From a virus (taxonomy: Duplodnaviria; Caudoviricetes), in the IMG/VR virus record IMGVR_UViG_3300012667_000752, positions 1-29,924 of that record: a stretch of 29,924 nucleotides of DNA; one strand, written 5' to 3'. Of this stretch, positions 8,361-17,052 are shown one piece after another; the first letter of the stretch is position 1; each line of letters opens with the position of its first letter. Position numbers and translations under genes: made by a program. Below the pieces are notes generated by a model. It was given only the letters and a program-made list of their open reading frames with translations, searched no databases and was not told the DNA's origin.

Positions 8361-9767
8361 ATGAGCCTAGCAAACCTAACCGAAGCCCAGCTCGCCGCAT
8401 TGATCGACCAGTTGCAATACGAGTCCAAGCGGGAGGGCATGCGCCTCTACAAGCCCTACGCCAAGCAGAGGGCCTTCCACAACGCCACCAAGGACCACCG
8501 GGAGGTCTGCTTTGCCGCGGGTAACCAGATTGGCAAAACCTACGCTGCAGCCAACGGCCTTGCGATCTGGCTCACCGGCGAGTACCCGGACTGGTGGGAC
8601 GGGCGCCGCTTTGATCACCCAATCAACGCCTGGGCCATCGGCCTGACGGGGGAGTCCACCCGCGACACCCTACAGCGCCTGCTGATGGGGCGCCCAGGTT
8701 CGTTCGGAACCGGGGCCATACCGGCGGACTGCATTGTGAGTTACACCAGTGCGCGTGGTGTCAGCGACGCCTTGGACACGGTGATCGTGAAGCACAAGAA
8801 CGGTGGGCAGTCCACGCTCGGATTCAAGTCCGTAGCGCGAGGGCGCGAGGCGTTGCAGGGTGAGTCCTTGCACGTCGTCCAGGCCGACGAAGAGCCCGAT
8901 CTCGACACCTACACTGAACTTTTGACCCGTACCCAGGCGCGCAACGGGTTGGTGGCCATGACGTTCACCCCCCTCTTGGGCATGTCGGATGTTGTGAAGC
9001 GCTACTTCATGGAGAAGAACCCGGACCGGGCTTTGGTGAATGCGACCATCGATGACGCCGAGCATTACACCGAAGAGCAGCGCGCCAGCATCATCGCCGG
9101 ATACCCGGCCCATGAGCGCGACGCGCGGGCCAAAGGCATACCGGTGCTCGGATCGGGCCGGGTCTACCCGGTGGATGAGGCCCTGTACGTCTGTGACCCG
9201 TTCCCTCTTGGCAAGCACCTCCCGCGCTTGGCGGCCATCGACTTTGGCATAAATCACCCGACCGCCGTGGTGTGGCTGGCCTGGGACCGCGATACCGACA
9301 CCGTGATCCTGTACGACTCAATGCGGATCAAGGACACCAGCGTGGTGCTGCAGGCGCCGCTGATCGCGGCCAAGGGCAAATGGATTCCGTGTGCGTTTCC
9401 GCATGATGGGGACAACAGGGAAAAAGGTTCTGGTAAGACCCTGGCCGAGCAGTACCGGGAGCTGGGTGTGAACATGCTACCGGGGCCGGTAAAGCACGTC
9501 GATGGTGGCAACTCGGTTGAGGCGGGCATCAGCGACATCTTGAACCGAATGCAGACCGGGCGTCTGAAGATATTCTCGAACCAGTTGCAGATTCTCGAAG
9601 AGCTGAGGATGTACCACCGTAAGAACGGGCTGATCAACAAGGTGGATGAGGATTTGGCCGATGCCCTGCGCTATGGGGTTATGGGTATCCGCTTCGCCGC
9701 CACGGAGCCGCGTCAGATCGGCACGGTGGTGCGTCCCAACTTCGGAATCCGCCGCGGCGGGTACTGA
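8361..9767 (+). CDS. terL: Terminase large subunit (P22 gp2-like)
   Basis: PYAKQ adenine motif, AAGNQIGKT Walker A, YPDWWDGRRF, QADEEP Walker B, MTFTP, AIDFGINHPTA and DLADALRYG nuclease motifs; GAGG RBS. Confidence 0.95.
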   Translation: MSLANLTEAQLAALIDQLQYESKREGMRLYKPYAKQRAFHNATKDHREVCFAAGNQIGKTYAAANGLAIWLTGEYPDWWDGRRFDHPINAWAIGLTGESTRDTLQRLLMGRPGSFGTGAIPADCIVSYTSARGVSDALDTVIVKHKNGGQSTLGFKSVARGREALQGESLHVVQADEEPDLDTYTELLTRTQARNGLVAMTFTPLLGMSDVVKRYFMEKNPDRALVNATIDDAEHYTEEQRASIIAGYPAHERDARAKGIPVLGSGRVYPVDEALYVCDPFPLGKHLPRLAAIDFGINHPTAVVWLAWDRDTDTVILYDSMRIKDTSVVLQAPLIAAKGKWIPCAFPHDGDNREKGSGKTLAEQYRELGVNMLPGPVKHVDGGNSVEAGISDILNRMQTGRLKIFSNQLQILEELRMYHRKNGLINKVDEDLADALRYGVMGIRFAATEPRQIGTVVRPNFGIRRGGY

Positions 9768-9798
9768 TATCATTGAGCCGTATCGACTAGGAGTTAAT

Positions 9799-10428
9799 AT
9801 GGCTGATGAGACAGTTGTTTTCAATGGCAGGGTGTATGCCTGGAACGGGCGCTACTTTCGCAAATCCAGGAGCTTCTTGCACCGTGATGTGTGGATTCAT
9901 TTCAATGGGCCCATACCCAAGGGGTATCACGTCCACCACATCGACCACGACACCCGGAACAACGCCATTGAGAATCTGCAGATGGTGTGGGGCACGACGC
10001 ACCTGAGTACGCACCAGCGGGCCATGTCAAAGCCCAAGCCGGTATGGGCCTATCCAGCGCTGCAGGCCTGGCGGGAGAGCGAAGCGGGGAAGGCCGCACT
10101 CTCCGAGATGGGCCGGCGCAATAGCGTCTACTTGGGTCAGGAGAAGGAGTTCAAGTGCGAATGCTGCGGTGAGTACTTCAACGCGCCAAACGTGGGACAC
10201 AACCGCTTTTGCAGCAACAACTGCAAGTCGAAGTGGCGCAGGGCGGCCGGCCTGGACGATGTGGCCAAGGTCTGTGTTGAGTGCGGAGTGGAGTTCAAGA
10301 CGAACCGGTTTAAGCCAACTGTGACGTGCTCGCTGTCATGTGGCCGCAAGCAGTGGTTGAAGACCGACGCAGGGAGGGCCCACCTCGAAAAGCTGGCCAG
10401 TGCTAAGCGCACCAAGCCCCACCCCTAA
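9799..10428 (+). CDS. HNH endonuclease with C-terminal Cys-rich zinc-binding repeats
   Basis: LHRDVW...GPIPKGYHVHHIDHDTRNNAIENLQ (HNH); CECC...FCSNNC and CVEC...TCSLSC; AGGAG RBS before ATG 9799. Confidence 0.88.
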   Translation: MADETVVFNGRVYAWNGRYFRKSRSFLHRDVWIHFNGPIPKGYHVHHIDHDTRNNAIENLQMVWGTTHLSTHQRAMSKPKPVWAYPALQAWRESEAGKAALSEMGRRNSVYLGQEKEFKCECCGEYFNAPNVGHNRFCSNNCKSKWRRAAGLDDVAKVCVECGVEFKTNRFKPTVTCSLSCGRKQWLKTDAGRAHLEKLASAKRTKPHP

Positions 10429-10482
10429 AGCAGCATATATGCCAGCCTAGCCACCTGGCGAACCCATCTTCAGAATCGGACC

Positions 10483-10536
10483 CATCACTGTAGGCAGTGG
10501 TGCGTCCGCCCTTTTCGCGGACATCAACAGGTCCGC
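10483..10536 (+). promoter_or_regulatory. Structured leader of the portal gene (hairpin plus alternative hairpins)
   Basis: CATCACTG-tagg-CAGTGGTG (10483-10502); GTCCGC (10504) / GCGGAC (10517) / GTCCGC (10531) allow mutually exclusive pairings. Confidence 0.45.
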
Positions 10537-10538
10537 AA

Positions 10539-12779
10539 ATGAACCCACTTGAGCAAAAGATCACAGAGGCCTTGCAGTCTGGAGACATAGCCCCGGAAGA
10601 TGCACTGGCGGCTGTGCAACAGCTCATGGAAGACCCCGAAGTACTAGCAGAGCAGCAGCGCAAAGAGGCTGAGAGCCGTCGTATGCGCTTGTCGGCGCTA
10701 GGCCACCGCCTGGCTGGCGAGGCAAAGACCCAGGTAGCCCTGCGGCAGATGACCGAAGAGCGTTGGTACAAGGACGTGCGCCAATTCAACGGCCAATACG
10801 ATCCGGGCACCTTCGTCGAGGCTGACCAGTACGGCAGCCGCGTGTTCGTGCCACTCACCCGCCGTCTGGTGAACCTGTGCGAGGCCCGGCTTTTCGACAT
10901 GCTGTTCCCCAGCGACCAGCGTTTTTACGTCATCGAGCCCACGCCAGTGCCCGACATGGACCTGGCCGACAAGCTGGCCGACCAGTTGCCAGCAGACCAC
11001 CCGGTCCAGCTACCTGGTGGCCCGTCGCTGCCGGCCGGTGGTATCCAGGCCGCGATTAAGCAGGTCATTGAAGAGGCAAAACACCGCAACGATGCGATGC
11101 AGCGCGAGATCGATGACCAGCTCGCAGAGTGCAACTACGCATCGGTGGCGCGCGACGCGATCCACGACGCCGTTTTGCTGGGTACTGGTGTGCTCAAAGG
11201 CCCGACGCCCCTGATCAAGACGACCAAGCGCTGGACGCAAGGTCCTGATGGGTCCCACACGCTGCTGATGGACAAGCGCCCCGTGCCGGTCACCGTGCGC
11301 GTGGACTTGTGGAACTTCTTCCCGGACATGGCCAGCACCACAATGGCCGACTGCGAGCGGGTCTGGGAGCGCCATTTCCTGAGCAAGCGCCAGATGGTGG
11401 CGTTGAAGGACATGCCCGGCGTCGATCCTGACGCGCTGCGCGAGATTCTCGAAGGCGAGCCCAACGTACCGTCGGACAACTACCGCGAGCGGCTGCGCTC
11501 CATCAACGGCGCCAACGGAGCACCCGATAAGCGCTACGAAGTGTGGGAATACCACGGCCCCGTGGACAAGCAGGACCTCATCGACTGCGGTGTCGAGGAC
11601 ATCGATGACGAAGACAACCTGGTGCAGTACACCGGAATCGTCTGGTTCTGTGGTGGTGTCGTGTTCAAGGCCGCGCTCAACCCGATGGACTCGGGCGAGC
11701 TGCCTTATCGCGTGTTCAACTGGCAAAAAGACGAGTCCAGCATCTTCGGTCTGGGCTTGCCCTACGAAGTGCGCGACCAGCAGGTCAGCGCGAACAGCTC
11801 CTGGCGCGCGATGTTGGACAACATGGGCCTGTGCGTCATGCCCCAGGTGGTGCTCGATGAGAACACCGTCGAGCCGGTCAACGGTTCATACGCCCTGGAG
11901 CCTGGCAAATTCTGGCGCAACAAGCGCCCCGGCGCCGACGCCCGCCAGGGTATCCAGTTCATCGAGATCGGCTCGCGTTTGCAGGAGCTGCAGGCCATTT
12001 TCATGGCCAGCAAGAACCTGATCGAGGAAGTGGGCACCATGCCCGGCTTCATTCAGGGTGCAGATGCACCGGCCAAGATGCAATCCGCCACTGAGGCAAG
12101 CATTTCCTGGACTGCTGCAAACCTGTGGGTCCGCCGTTGCGTGCGCAACTGGGACGACGACATCACGGCGCCGACCATCCGCGGGTACTACGACTACAAC
12201 ATGCAGTACTCCGAGAAGGAGGACATCAAGGGCGACAGCAAAGTGCGCGCCCTGGGCGTCGTCGCACTGGCCGAACTCGAAGGCCAGGCCGGTCGTATGC
12301 AGCAGTTGGCCAACGCGGCAAGCGCGATGGGCCTTCCAATGTCCACGCAGTTCGCCATGCTGCGTGAGCTGAGCCGCTCCCTGAAGCTGGACCCGGATCG
12401 CTGGCTGCCGACCGAGCAGGAAATCGCCAAAATGAAAGAGCAGGAGCAGAAGAATCCGAAGCCCGATCCCGAGATGCTGAAGTGGCAGGTCACTCAGGAA
12501 AACAACCAGATGGACTTCCAGCTTGGCCAGGAAAACATCCAGCTCAAACGCGAAGAGCTGCAGGGGCGTCGTGAGGACAACCAGGCGCGCATGCAACTGG
12601 AGATCGCCGACACGGCCGCCGCGCAGCAAATCACGCAGCAGGAGGCCATGCGCAAGTACGGCTTCGAGGCCCAGCGCATGAACGCCGAGCTGCAGGACCG
12701 CCAGAACAACCGCGATCACAAGGCCCAGATGGCCAACGCTGAGATGGCGCTCAAAGCGCAGATGGGCACAGGCATATGA
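10539..12779 (+). CDS. Portal protein
   Basis: 746 aa directly after terL/HNH; ARDAIHDAVLLGTGVLKGP, VDLWNFFPD, YEVWEYHG, SIFGLG.P, SATEAS, IKGDSKV motifs of podovirus-type portals; long Q/E-rich coiled-coil C-terminus (barrel-like). Confidence 0.88.
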   Translation: MNPLEQKITEALQSGDIAPEDALAAVQQLMEDPEVLAEQQRKEAESRRMRLSALGHRLAGEAKTQVALRQMTEERWYKDVRQFNGQYDPGTFVEADQYGSRVFVPLTRRLVNLCEARLFDMLFPSDQRFYVIEPTPVPDMDLADKLADQLPADHPVQLPGGPSLPAGGIQAAIKQVIEEAKHRNDAMQREIDDQLAECNYASVARDAIHDAVLLGTGVLKGPTPLIKTTKRWTQGPDGSHTLLMDKRPVPVTVRVDLWNFFPDMASTTMADCERVWERHFLSKRQMVALKDMPGVDPDALREILEGEPNVPSDNYRERLRSINGANGAPDKRYEVWEYHGPVDKQDLIDCGVEDIDDEDNLVQYTGIVWFCGGVVFKAALNPMDSGELPYRVFNWQKDESSIFGLGLPYEVRDQQVSANSSWRAMLDNMGLCVMPQVVLDENTVEPVNGSYALEPGKFWRNKRPGADARQGIQFIEIGSRLQELQAIFMASKNLIEEVGTMPGFIQGADAPAKMQSATEASISWTAANLWVRRCVRNWDDDITAPTIRGYYDYNMQYSEKEDIKGDSKVRALGVVALAELEGQAGRMQQLANAASAMGLPMSTQFAMLRELSRSLKLDPDRWLPTEQEIAKMKEQEQKNPKPDPEMLKWQVTQENNQMDFQLGQENIQLKREELQGRREDNQARMQLEIADTAAAQQITQQEAMRKYGFEAQRMNAELQDRQNNRDHKAQMANAEMALKAQMGTGI

Positions 12780-13015
12780 GCTGGAAAGAGAAGATTCGGC
12801 CTGATACCGGTGTGTGGGACGGCGTGCAGGAGTACGCCGCTGAGCGCATCGCTGAGCTGGCCAACGTCTGCACATCGGAGGAATCCAGCGAGATGCAGAT
12901 TCGCCAGGCGCAAGCGGCCATCCAGGAGATGCGTCGCCTGGTGAGCCTGCCCAATTTAATTCGGGCCGAGGCCCAGGTGCGCGGCGCCACTAGCGCTCGC
13001 AGGGAGAACTACTGA
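12776..13015 (+). CDS. Small helical hypothetical protein following the portal
   Basis: ATGA overlap with the portal stop; 79 aa, W...I..L...IRQAQAAIQEMRRLVSLP, the kind of small gene often seen after portals. Confidence 0.75.
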   Translation: MSWKEKIRPDTGVWDGVQEYAAERIAELANVCTSEESSEMQIRQAQAAIQEMRRLVSLPNLIRAEAQVRGATSARRENY

Positions 13016-15117
13016 TGGCAGACAACATATTCAACACCTCCACGTCTACGACGGGCACCGGGGCCACTTTCAATCTGTCTGGTTTGAAAGACCCGGCGAA
13101 GGTGGAAGTTGACCCAGCCAAGCAGACGGTAGCGGGTCAGTTGTCGAACGTGATGAGCGCAGACAGCCCGTTGATCCAGCGGGCCCGTAGCCGTGCGATG
13201 GAGCAGATGAACTCTCGTGGGCTGGCCAACAGCTCGATGGCGCTGTCCGCAGCAGACTCCGCAGCGTATGACGCCGCCATGCCGATTGCCACGGCAGACG
13301 CCAGCATCTACAACGACGTGGCCAAGACCAACGCCAACACGCAGAACCAGTTCAGCTTGAACAGCAACGCCCAGGCGTTTGACCTGCAGAAGGGCGCTGT
13401 CAACCAGGGCTACACACAGCAGAACCTGGCCACGCAGCAGGCCAACACCCTGCAGACGATGGGCGTCCAGCAGGGGTTTGACCTTGCCAAGATGGACAAG
13501 CAGGCCGCCGCCACGCTCACCCAGATGTCGGTTGAGCAGCAGAACAATCTGGCGAAGATGGCCGCTCAGCAGGGCTATAACCTGCAGACCATGACAGCGC
13601 AGCAGGTCAATGACCTGGCGAAGATGGCCGTGTCGCAGGGCTACAGCATGCAGACCCTGCAGGCCCAGCAGGCAAACAACCTGCAAACCTTGTCGGCGCA
13701 GTACGGGTTCGACCTTGGCAAGATGGACGCGCAGACAAGAGCCACGCTCACGACAATGTCTGCCGACCAGCAGAATACCCTTGCGAAGATGGCCGTGTCG
13801 CAGGGCTACAACCTGCAGACCATGAGCCAGCAGCAGATCAACACGCTGGCACAGATGGCGCAGTCCCAGGCGAATAACCTGCAGACGTTGTCCACCCAGT
13901 ACGGATTCGATTTGGGCAAGATGGACGCCCAGACGCGTAATACGCTGACCACGATGACCGCGGACCAGCAAAACGCACTTGCCAAGATGGCGGTGTCGCA
14001 GGGCTACAACCTGCAGAACATGACAGCTCAGCAGGTCAACGATTTGCAGAAAATGCAAGTGGCCCAGCAGAACAACCTGCAAACGCTGTCCACGCAATAC
14101 GGCTTCGACTTGGGCAAGATGGATGCGCAGACGCGCAACACACTGACCACGATGACCGCGGACCAGCAAAACGCGTTGGCGAAGATGGCTGTATCGCAGG
14201 GCTACAACCTGCAGAATATGACCGCTCAGCAAGTAAACGACTTGCAGAAAATGCAGGTTGCCCAGCAGAACAACTTGCAGACGCTGTCCACACAGTACGG
14301 TTTCGACGTGGCCAAGATGGGCATCGACCAGCAGAACGCGCTGCAGACGATGTCGGTTCAGCAGCAAAACACCGTTGCGAATATGGCGCAGCAGCAGGGC
14401 TACAACCTGCAGAACATGTCTGCCCAGCAGATCAACGACTTGGGCAAGATGGCGCAGGCGCAGCAGAACAACCTGCAGACGCTATCCACGCAATACGGGT
14501 TCGACCTCGGCCGCGTTGACGCGCAGACCCAGGCAACGCTGCAGACCATGTCCGTGGATCAGCAGAACAACCTTGCGAAGATGGCTGTATCGCAGGGCTA
14601 CAACATGCAGACGATGAACGCCCAGCAGTTCAATGATCTGCAGAAGATGCAGACCGCGCAGACAAACAACCTGCAGACGCTGGCTACGCAGTACGGGTTC
14701 GACGTCGCCAAGATGGACAAGCAGTCTGCCAATACGCTGACCCAGATGGGCGTGGAGCAGCAGAATGCCCTGGCCAAGATGGCAGCCCAGCAGAACATGA
14801 CGCTGGACCAGATGGCCGCCCAGAGTGGCTACGACGTCAACAAGCTCAAGGTTCAGGCCACAGCGGCGATGGACGTGGCCGCTATCGAGGCCAGCTACAA
14901 AAACCTGACCCAAGGCAGTGCTGCAGCGACGTCGATCATGGGCAAGATGCAGGACTCGCTCAACGCCTTGTCCGCCAACAAGGACATTGTGGACCCAGCG
15001 GTTCGGGATGCTATGGCGGCCGACATCAAGGCCAACGCCGCAGAGGCGCTGAACCTGGTCGGCGCGATTGCCGGCAACGTGGACCTGTCGGCTTACATCG
15101 CACAGGTTGGCCCGTAA
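13015..15117 (+). CDS. Putative internal virion/DNA-ejection (pilot-like) protein with long hendecad repeat
   Basis: N-terminal SPLIQRAR...SRGLANSSMA...AMPIATADA followed by 45 in-register 11-aa repeats rich in Q/N/M/T/A; upstream of a GNAT-like gene and other ejection-type genes. Confidence 0.7.
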   Translation: MADNIFNTSTSTTGTGATFNLSGLKDPAKVEVDPAKQTVAGQLSNVMSADSPLIQRARSRAMEQMNSRGLANSSMALSAADSAAYDAAMPIATADASIYNDVAKTNANTQNQFSLNSNAQAFDLQKGAVNQGYTQQNLATQQANTLQTMGVQQGFDLAKMDKQAAATLTQMSVEQQNNLAKMAAQQGYNLQTMTAQQVNDLAKMAVSQGYSMQTLQAQQANNLQTLSAQYGFDLGKMDAQTRATLTTMSADQQNTLAKMAVSQGYNLQTMSQQQINTLAQMAQSQANNLQTLSTQYGFDLGKMDAQTRNTLTTMTADQQNALAKMAVSQGYNLQNMTAQQVNDLQKMQVAQQNNLQTLSTQYGFDLGKMDAQTRNTLTTMTADQQNALAKMAVSQGYNLQNMTAQQVNDLQKMQVAQQNNLQTLSTQYGFDVAKMGIDQQNALQTMSVQQQNTVANMAQQQGYNLQNMSAQQINDLGKMAQAQQNNLQTLSTQYGFDLGRVDAQTQATLQTMSVDQQNNLAKMAVSQGYNMQTMNAQQFNDLQKMQTAQTNNLQTLATQYGFDVAKMDKQSANTLTQMGVEQQNALAKMAAQQNMTLDQMAAQSGYDVNKLKVQATAAMDVAAIEASYKNLTQGSAAATSIMGKMQDSLNALSANKDIVDPAVRDAMAADIKANAAEALNLVGAIAGNVDLSAYIAQVGP
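13372..14856 (+). repeat. 45 x 33-bp (11-aa) coding repeat with 198-bp (66-aa) higher-order unit
   Basis: Units such as YGFDLGKMDAQ / TRNTLTTMTAD / QQNALAKMAVS / QGYNLQNMTAQ / QVNDLQKMQVA / QQNNLQTLSTQ; 1485 bp = 495 aa. Confidence 0.92.
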
Positions 15118-15126
15118 GGTGACGCT

Positions 15127-15531
15127 GTGCTTCTCAAAAAGATACCTCCCTACTTTGCCGCCCAGAGCTGGAGCGGTGTGCGAGAGCACATCGAGAAGGC
15201 ACAGCCGTACAGCCACGGGGAGTGGACTATGGAACAGCTCAAGTCGGACATCTTCACAGGCCGGGTCGAGCTTATATCGGTCCTTGATGGTGACGCCTGC
15301 GCAGGGGCGGTGGCCTACGTCATGCAGAACCGGCGCAACTCACGCTGCGCGTTTGTCGTCGCCATCGGCGGGGCAGCGCTTGCCTCACGGAATAACTTCG
15401 AGCAGTTGCGCACGATATTTAGGGCCGAAGGCGCAACGGAGATTGAGGGTGCGGGTAGGCCCGCGATTGTCAGACTCTGGTCGCAGTTTGGATTCGAGCC
15501 AAAGTACCAAGTATTCGGGGTGCAAATATGA
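15127..15531 (+). CDS. GNAT-fold (acetyltransferase-like) virion-assembly protein
   Basis: W..V..HIEKA...GRVELI...AFVVAIGG...GATEIEGAGRPAIVRLWSQFGF; such GNAT-like genes commonly precede podovirus ejection genes. GTG start with AAGGTG upstream. Confidence 0.7.
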   Translation: MLLKKIPPYFAAQSWSGVREHIEKAQPYSHGEWTMEQLKSDIFTGRVELISVLDGDACAGAVAYVMQNRRNSRCAFVVAIGGAALASRNNFEQLRTIFRAEGATEIEGAGRPAIVRLWSQFGFEPKYQVFGVQI

Positions 15532-17051
15532 GTAGCAGCGGATCAAGTTCTAGCTCTAGTTCCAGCTCCAGCGGAAACTACGGTGGGTACACCACCGGGT
15601 CGGATTCAAATGCGACGACCGCATCGGACGCCGCGAGCGCTCAGAATCAGTACAGCAGCCCGACGCCATCTAGCGGGTCATCTAGTAGCGCCACAGCCGC
15701 TGCTGATGCAGCCGCCGCCCAAGCAGCTGCGGATCAAGCCGCAGCAGAAACTGCGCGATTGGCCGCGGCGAACCAGGCCGCTGCGGATGCCAAAGCGGCA
15801 GCAGATGCTCAGGCCGCTGCGGATCAAGCCGCAGCTGAAACCGCGCGCTTGGCAGCCGCGAACCAAGCGGCGGCAGATGCTCAGGCCGCTGCGGATGCCC
15901 AAGCTGCAGCAGATGCCCAAGCTGCAGCAGATGCCCAAGCTGCAGCAGATGCCCAAGCGGCGGCAGATGCTCAGGCCGCTGCGGATGCTCAGGCCGCTGC
16001 GGATGCTCAGGCCGCTGCGGATCGGGCGGCCAACCAGCAACTGGTCGAGTCACTCGGCGGCTGGAGCAAGGCGTCCACCACGTCCCAGGCGGAGGCCCCG
16101 ACAACGCCGGCCATCGCCCCCGGCGACACCAAGCCGGACACCGGCACGCCGACCGCTACTGAGAGCAAGCTCCAGGACGCACCGGAGAAGACCGACCTGG
16201 CAACCCGGGCGTTCAACCTGGCGGGCCTTGGCAAGCCCGGCGAAGACGGCATGGCTCAGGCCGGTGCGCGCGTTGGATTCAATCTGTCAGGCGCAGCGCA
16301 GGAAGCCAAAGAGACCGGCACCCCGCTGAGCGCCATCATGGGCGGCGTTGAACCCAACCGCGCCCAGCTCCAACGCCTGAGCGAGACCGGCTACGGATCG
16401 CTGACCGGCGTGAATCCGAACAACCTGGAAGGCCAGAGCGTGGATCACATGATCGCCTCGCAGCGGGTCAGCGACGCGCTTGGCCGCGTTGGAAACTTCA
16501 CCATCAACGCCGCGCTGTCCACTGTCCCGGGCGGCGCGCTTATCGGCGCAGGCCTGAAGGGCTACCAAGCGGTGCAGAACGGGGCCACTGTCGGGGAGGC
16601 AGTCCAAGGCGCCGCGCTTGACGCGGTCGGCGGATGGGCTTCTGGCAAGATCAACCAGGTCGCCGGCGCCGCGCTTGGCCCCGACGGCCGTGCAGCGCTT
16701 AGCGCCTATAACCAAGGCGTGTCCCTTGCCAGCCTGGCCGGTATCGATACACCCGGCCCGATCAATCCAGGGGCTTACGTCGTCGGTCAAGCCCGTGCCG
16801 CTATGGGCACACCGGACACCAGCCCCCGCTCTGGCGTGTACACACCCGGCGGGGAGCCGGTCCCGGCCTTCAACCTGTCATCCGCCGGCAGCAGCAGCAG
16901 CCAAGGTACGACGGCTCCCGAGATAGTTCCGCCCGTTGTCCAGCCGCCGGCATCCAAGGCACCAAACTTCAAAACAAACATGCGATTCAGGTTTGATGGT
17001 GCCGCCATGGGCCGCGCTATTCGGGCCGGCGCTTCCAAACGAGGATATTGA
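15528..17051 (+). CDS. Putative internal virion protein with Ser-rich N-terminus and AAADAQ repeats
   Basis: 507 aa; poly-Ser start, (AAADAQ)n block, Gly/Ala-rich weakly hydrophobic segment (AALSTVPGGALIGAGL) typical of ejection proteins. Confidence 0.7.
   Translation: MSSSGSSSSSSSSSSGNYGGYTTGSDSNATTASDAASAQNQYSSPTPSSGSSSSATAAADAAAAQAAADQAAAETARLAAANQAAADAKAAADAQAAADQAAAETARLAAANQAAADAQAAADAQAAADAQAAADAQAAADAQAAADAQAAADAQAAADAQAAADRAANQQLVESLGGWSKASTTSQAEAPTTPAIAPGDTKPDTGTPTATESKLQDAPEKTDLATRAFNLAGLGKPGEDGMAQAGARVGFNLSGAAQEAKETGTPLSAIMGGVEPNRAQLQRLSETGYGSLTGVNPNNLEGQSVDHMIASQRVSDALGRVGNFTINAALSTVPGGALIGAGLKGYQAVQNGATVGEAVQGAALDAVGGWASGKINQVAGAALGPDGRAALSAYNQGVSLASLAGIDTPGPINPGAYVVGQARAAMGTPDTSPRSGVYTPGGEPVPAFNLSSAGSSSSQGTTAPEIVPPVVQPPASKAPNFKTNMRFRFDGAAMGRAIRAGASKRGY
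15696..16035 (+). repeat. 18-bp/6-aa AAADAQ tandem repeat with a duplicated longer unit
   Basis: GCTGCAGCAGATGCCCAA x3 and repeated GCCGCTGCGGATGCTCAG; AQAAADQAAAETARLAAANQAAADA occurs twice. Confidence 0.88.
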
Positions 17052-17052
17052 T

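Noticed and set aside
7741-8364. Overlapping Ala/Arg/Cys-rich ORFs on both strands in the terS-terL spacer
   Set aside because: Several frames are open at once because the A-poor GC repeat lacks stop codons; the products are low-complexity and have no convincing RBS.
9768-10538. Group I intron around the HNH gene
   Set aside because: terL ends with complete nuclease motifs and a stop, the portal starts independently, and the flanks are too short for an intron core.
13372-14856. Possible CRISPR array or DGR repeats
   Set aside because: The repeats are in-frame coding units without unique spacers; no cas or reverse transcriptase genes are present, and the differences are synonymous rather than adenine-specific.
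15583-16329. 248-aa alternative-frame ORF with MPKLQQ/MLRPLR repeats
   Set aside because: It is a frame-shifted reading of the AAADAQ repeat; there is no clear RBS and the open frame is explained by repeat composition.
9750-17051. Similar C-termini RRGGY (terL), RRENY (12776 gene) and KRGY (15528 gene) as a shared docking signal
   Set aside because: In two of the three cases the codons double as the Shine-Dalgarno of the next gene (GGAG/GAGG), which explains the similarity.
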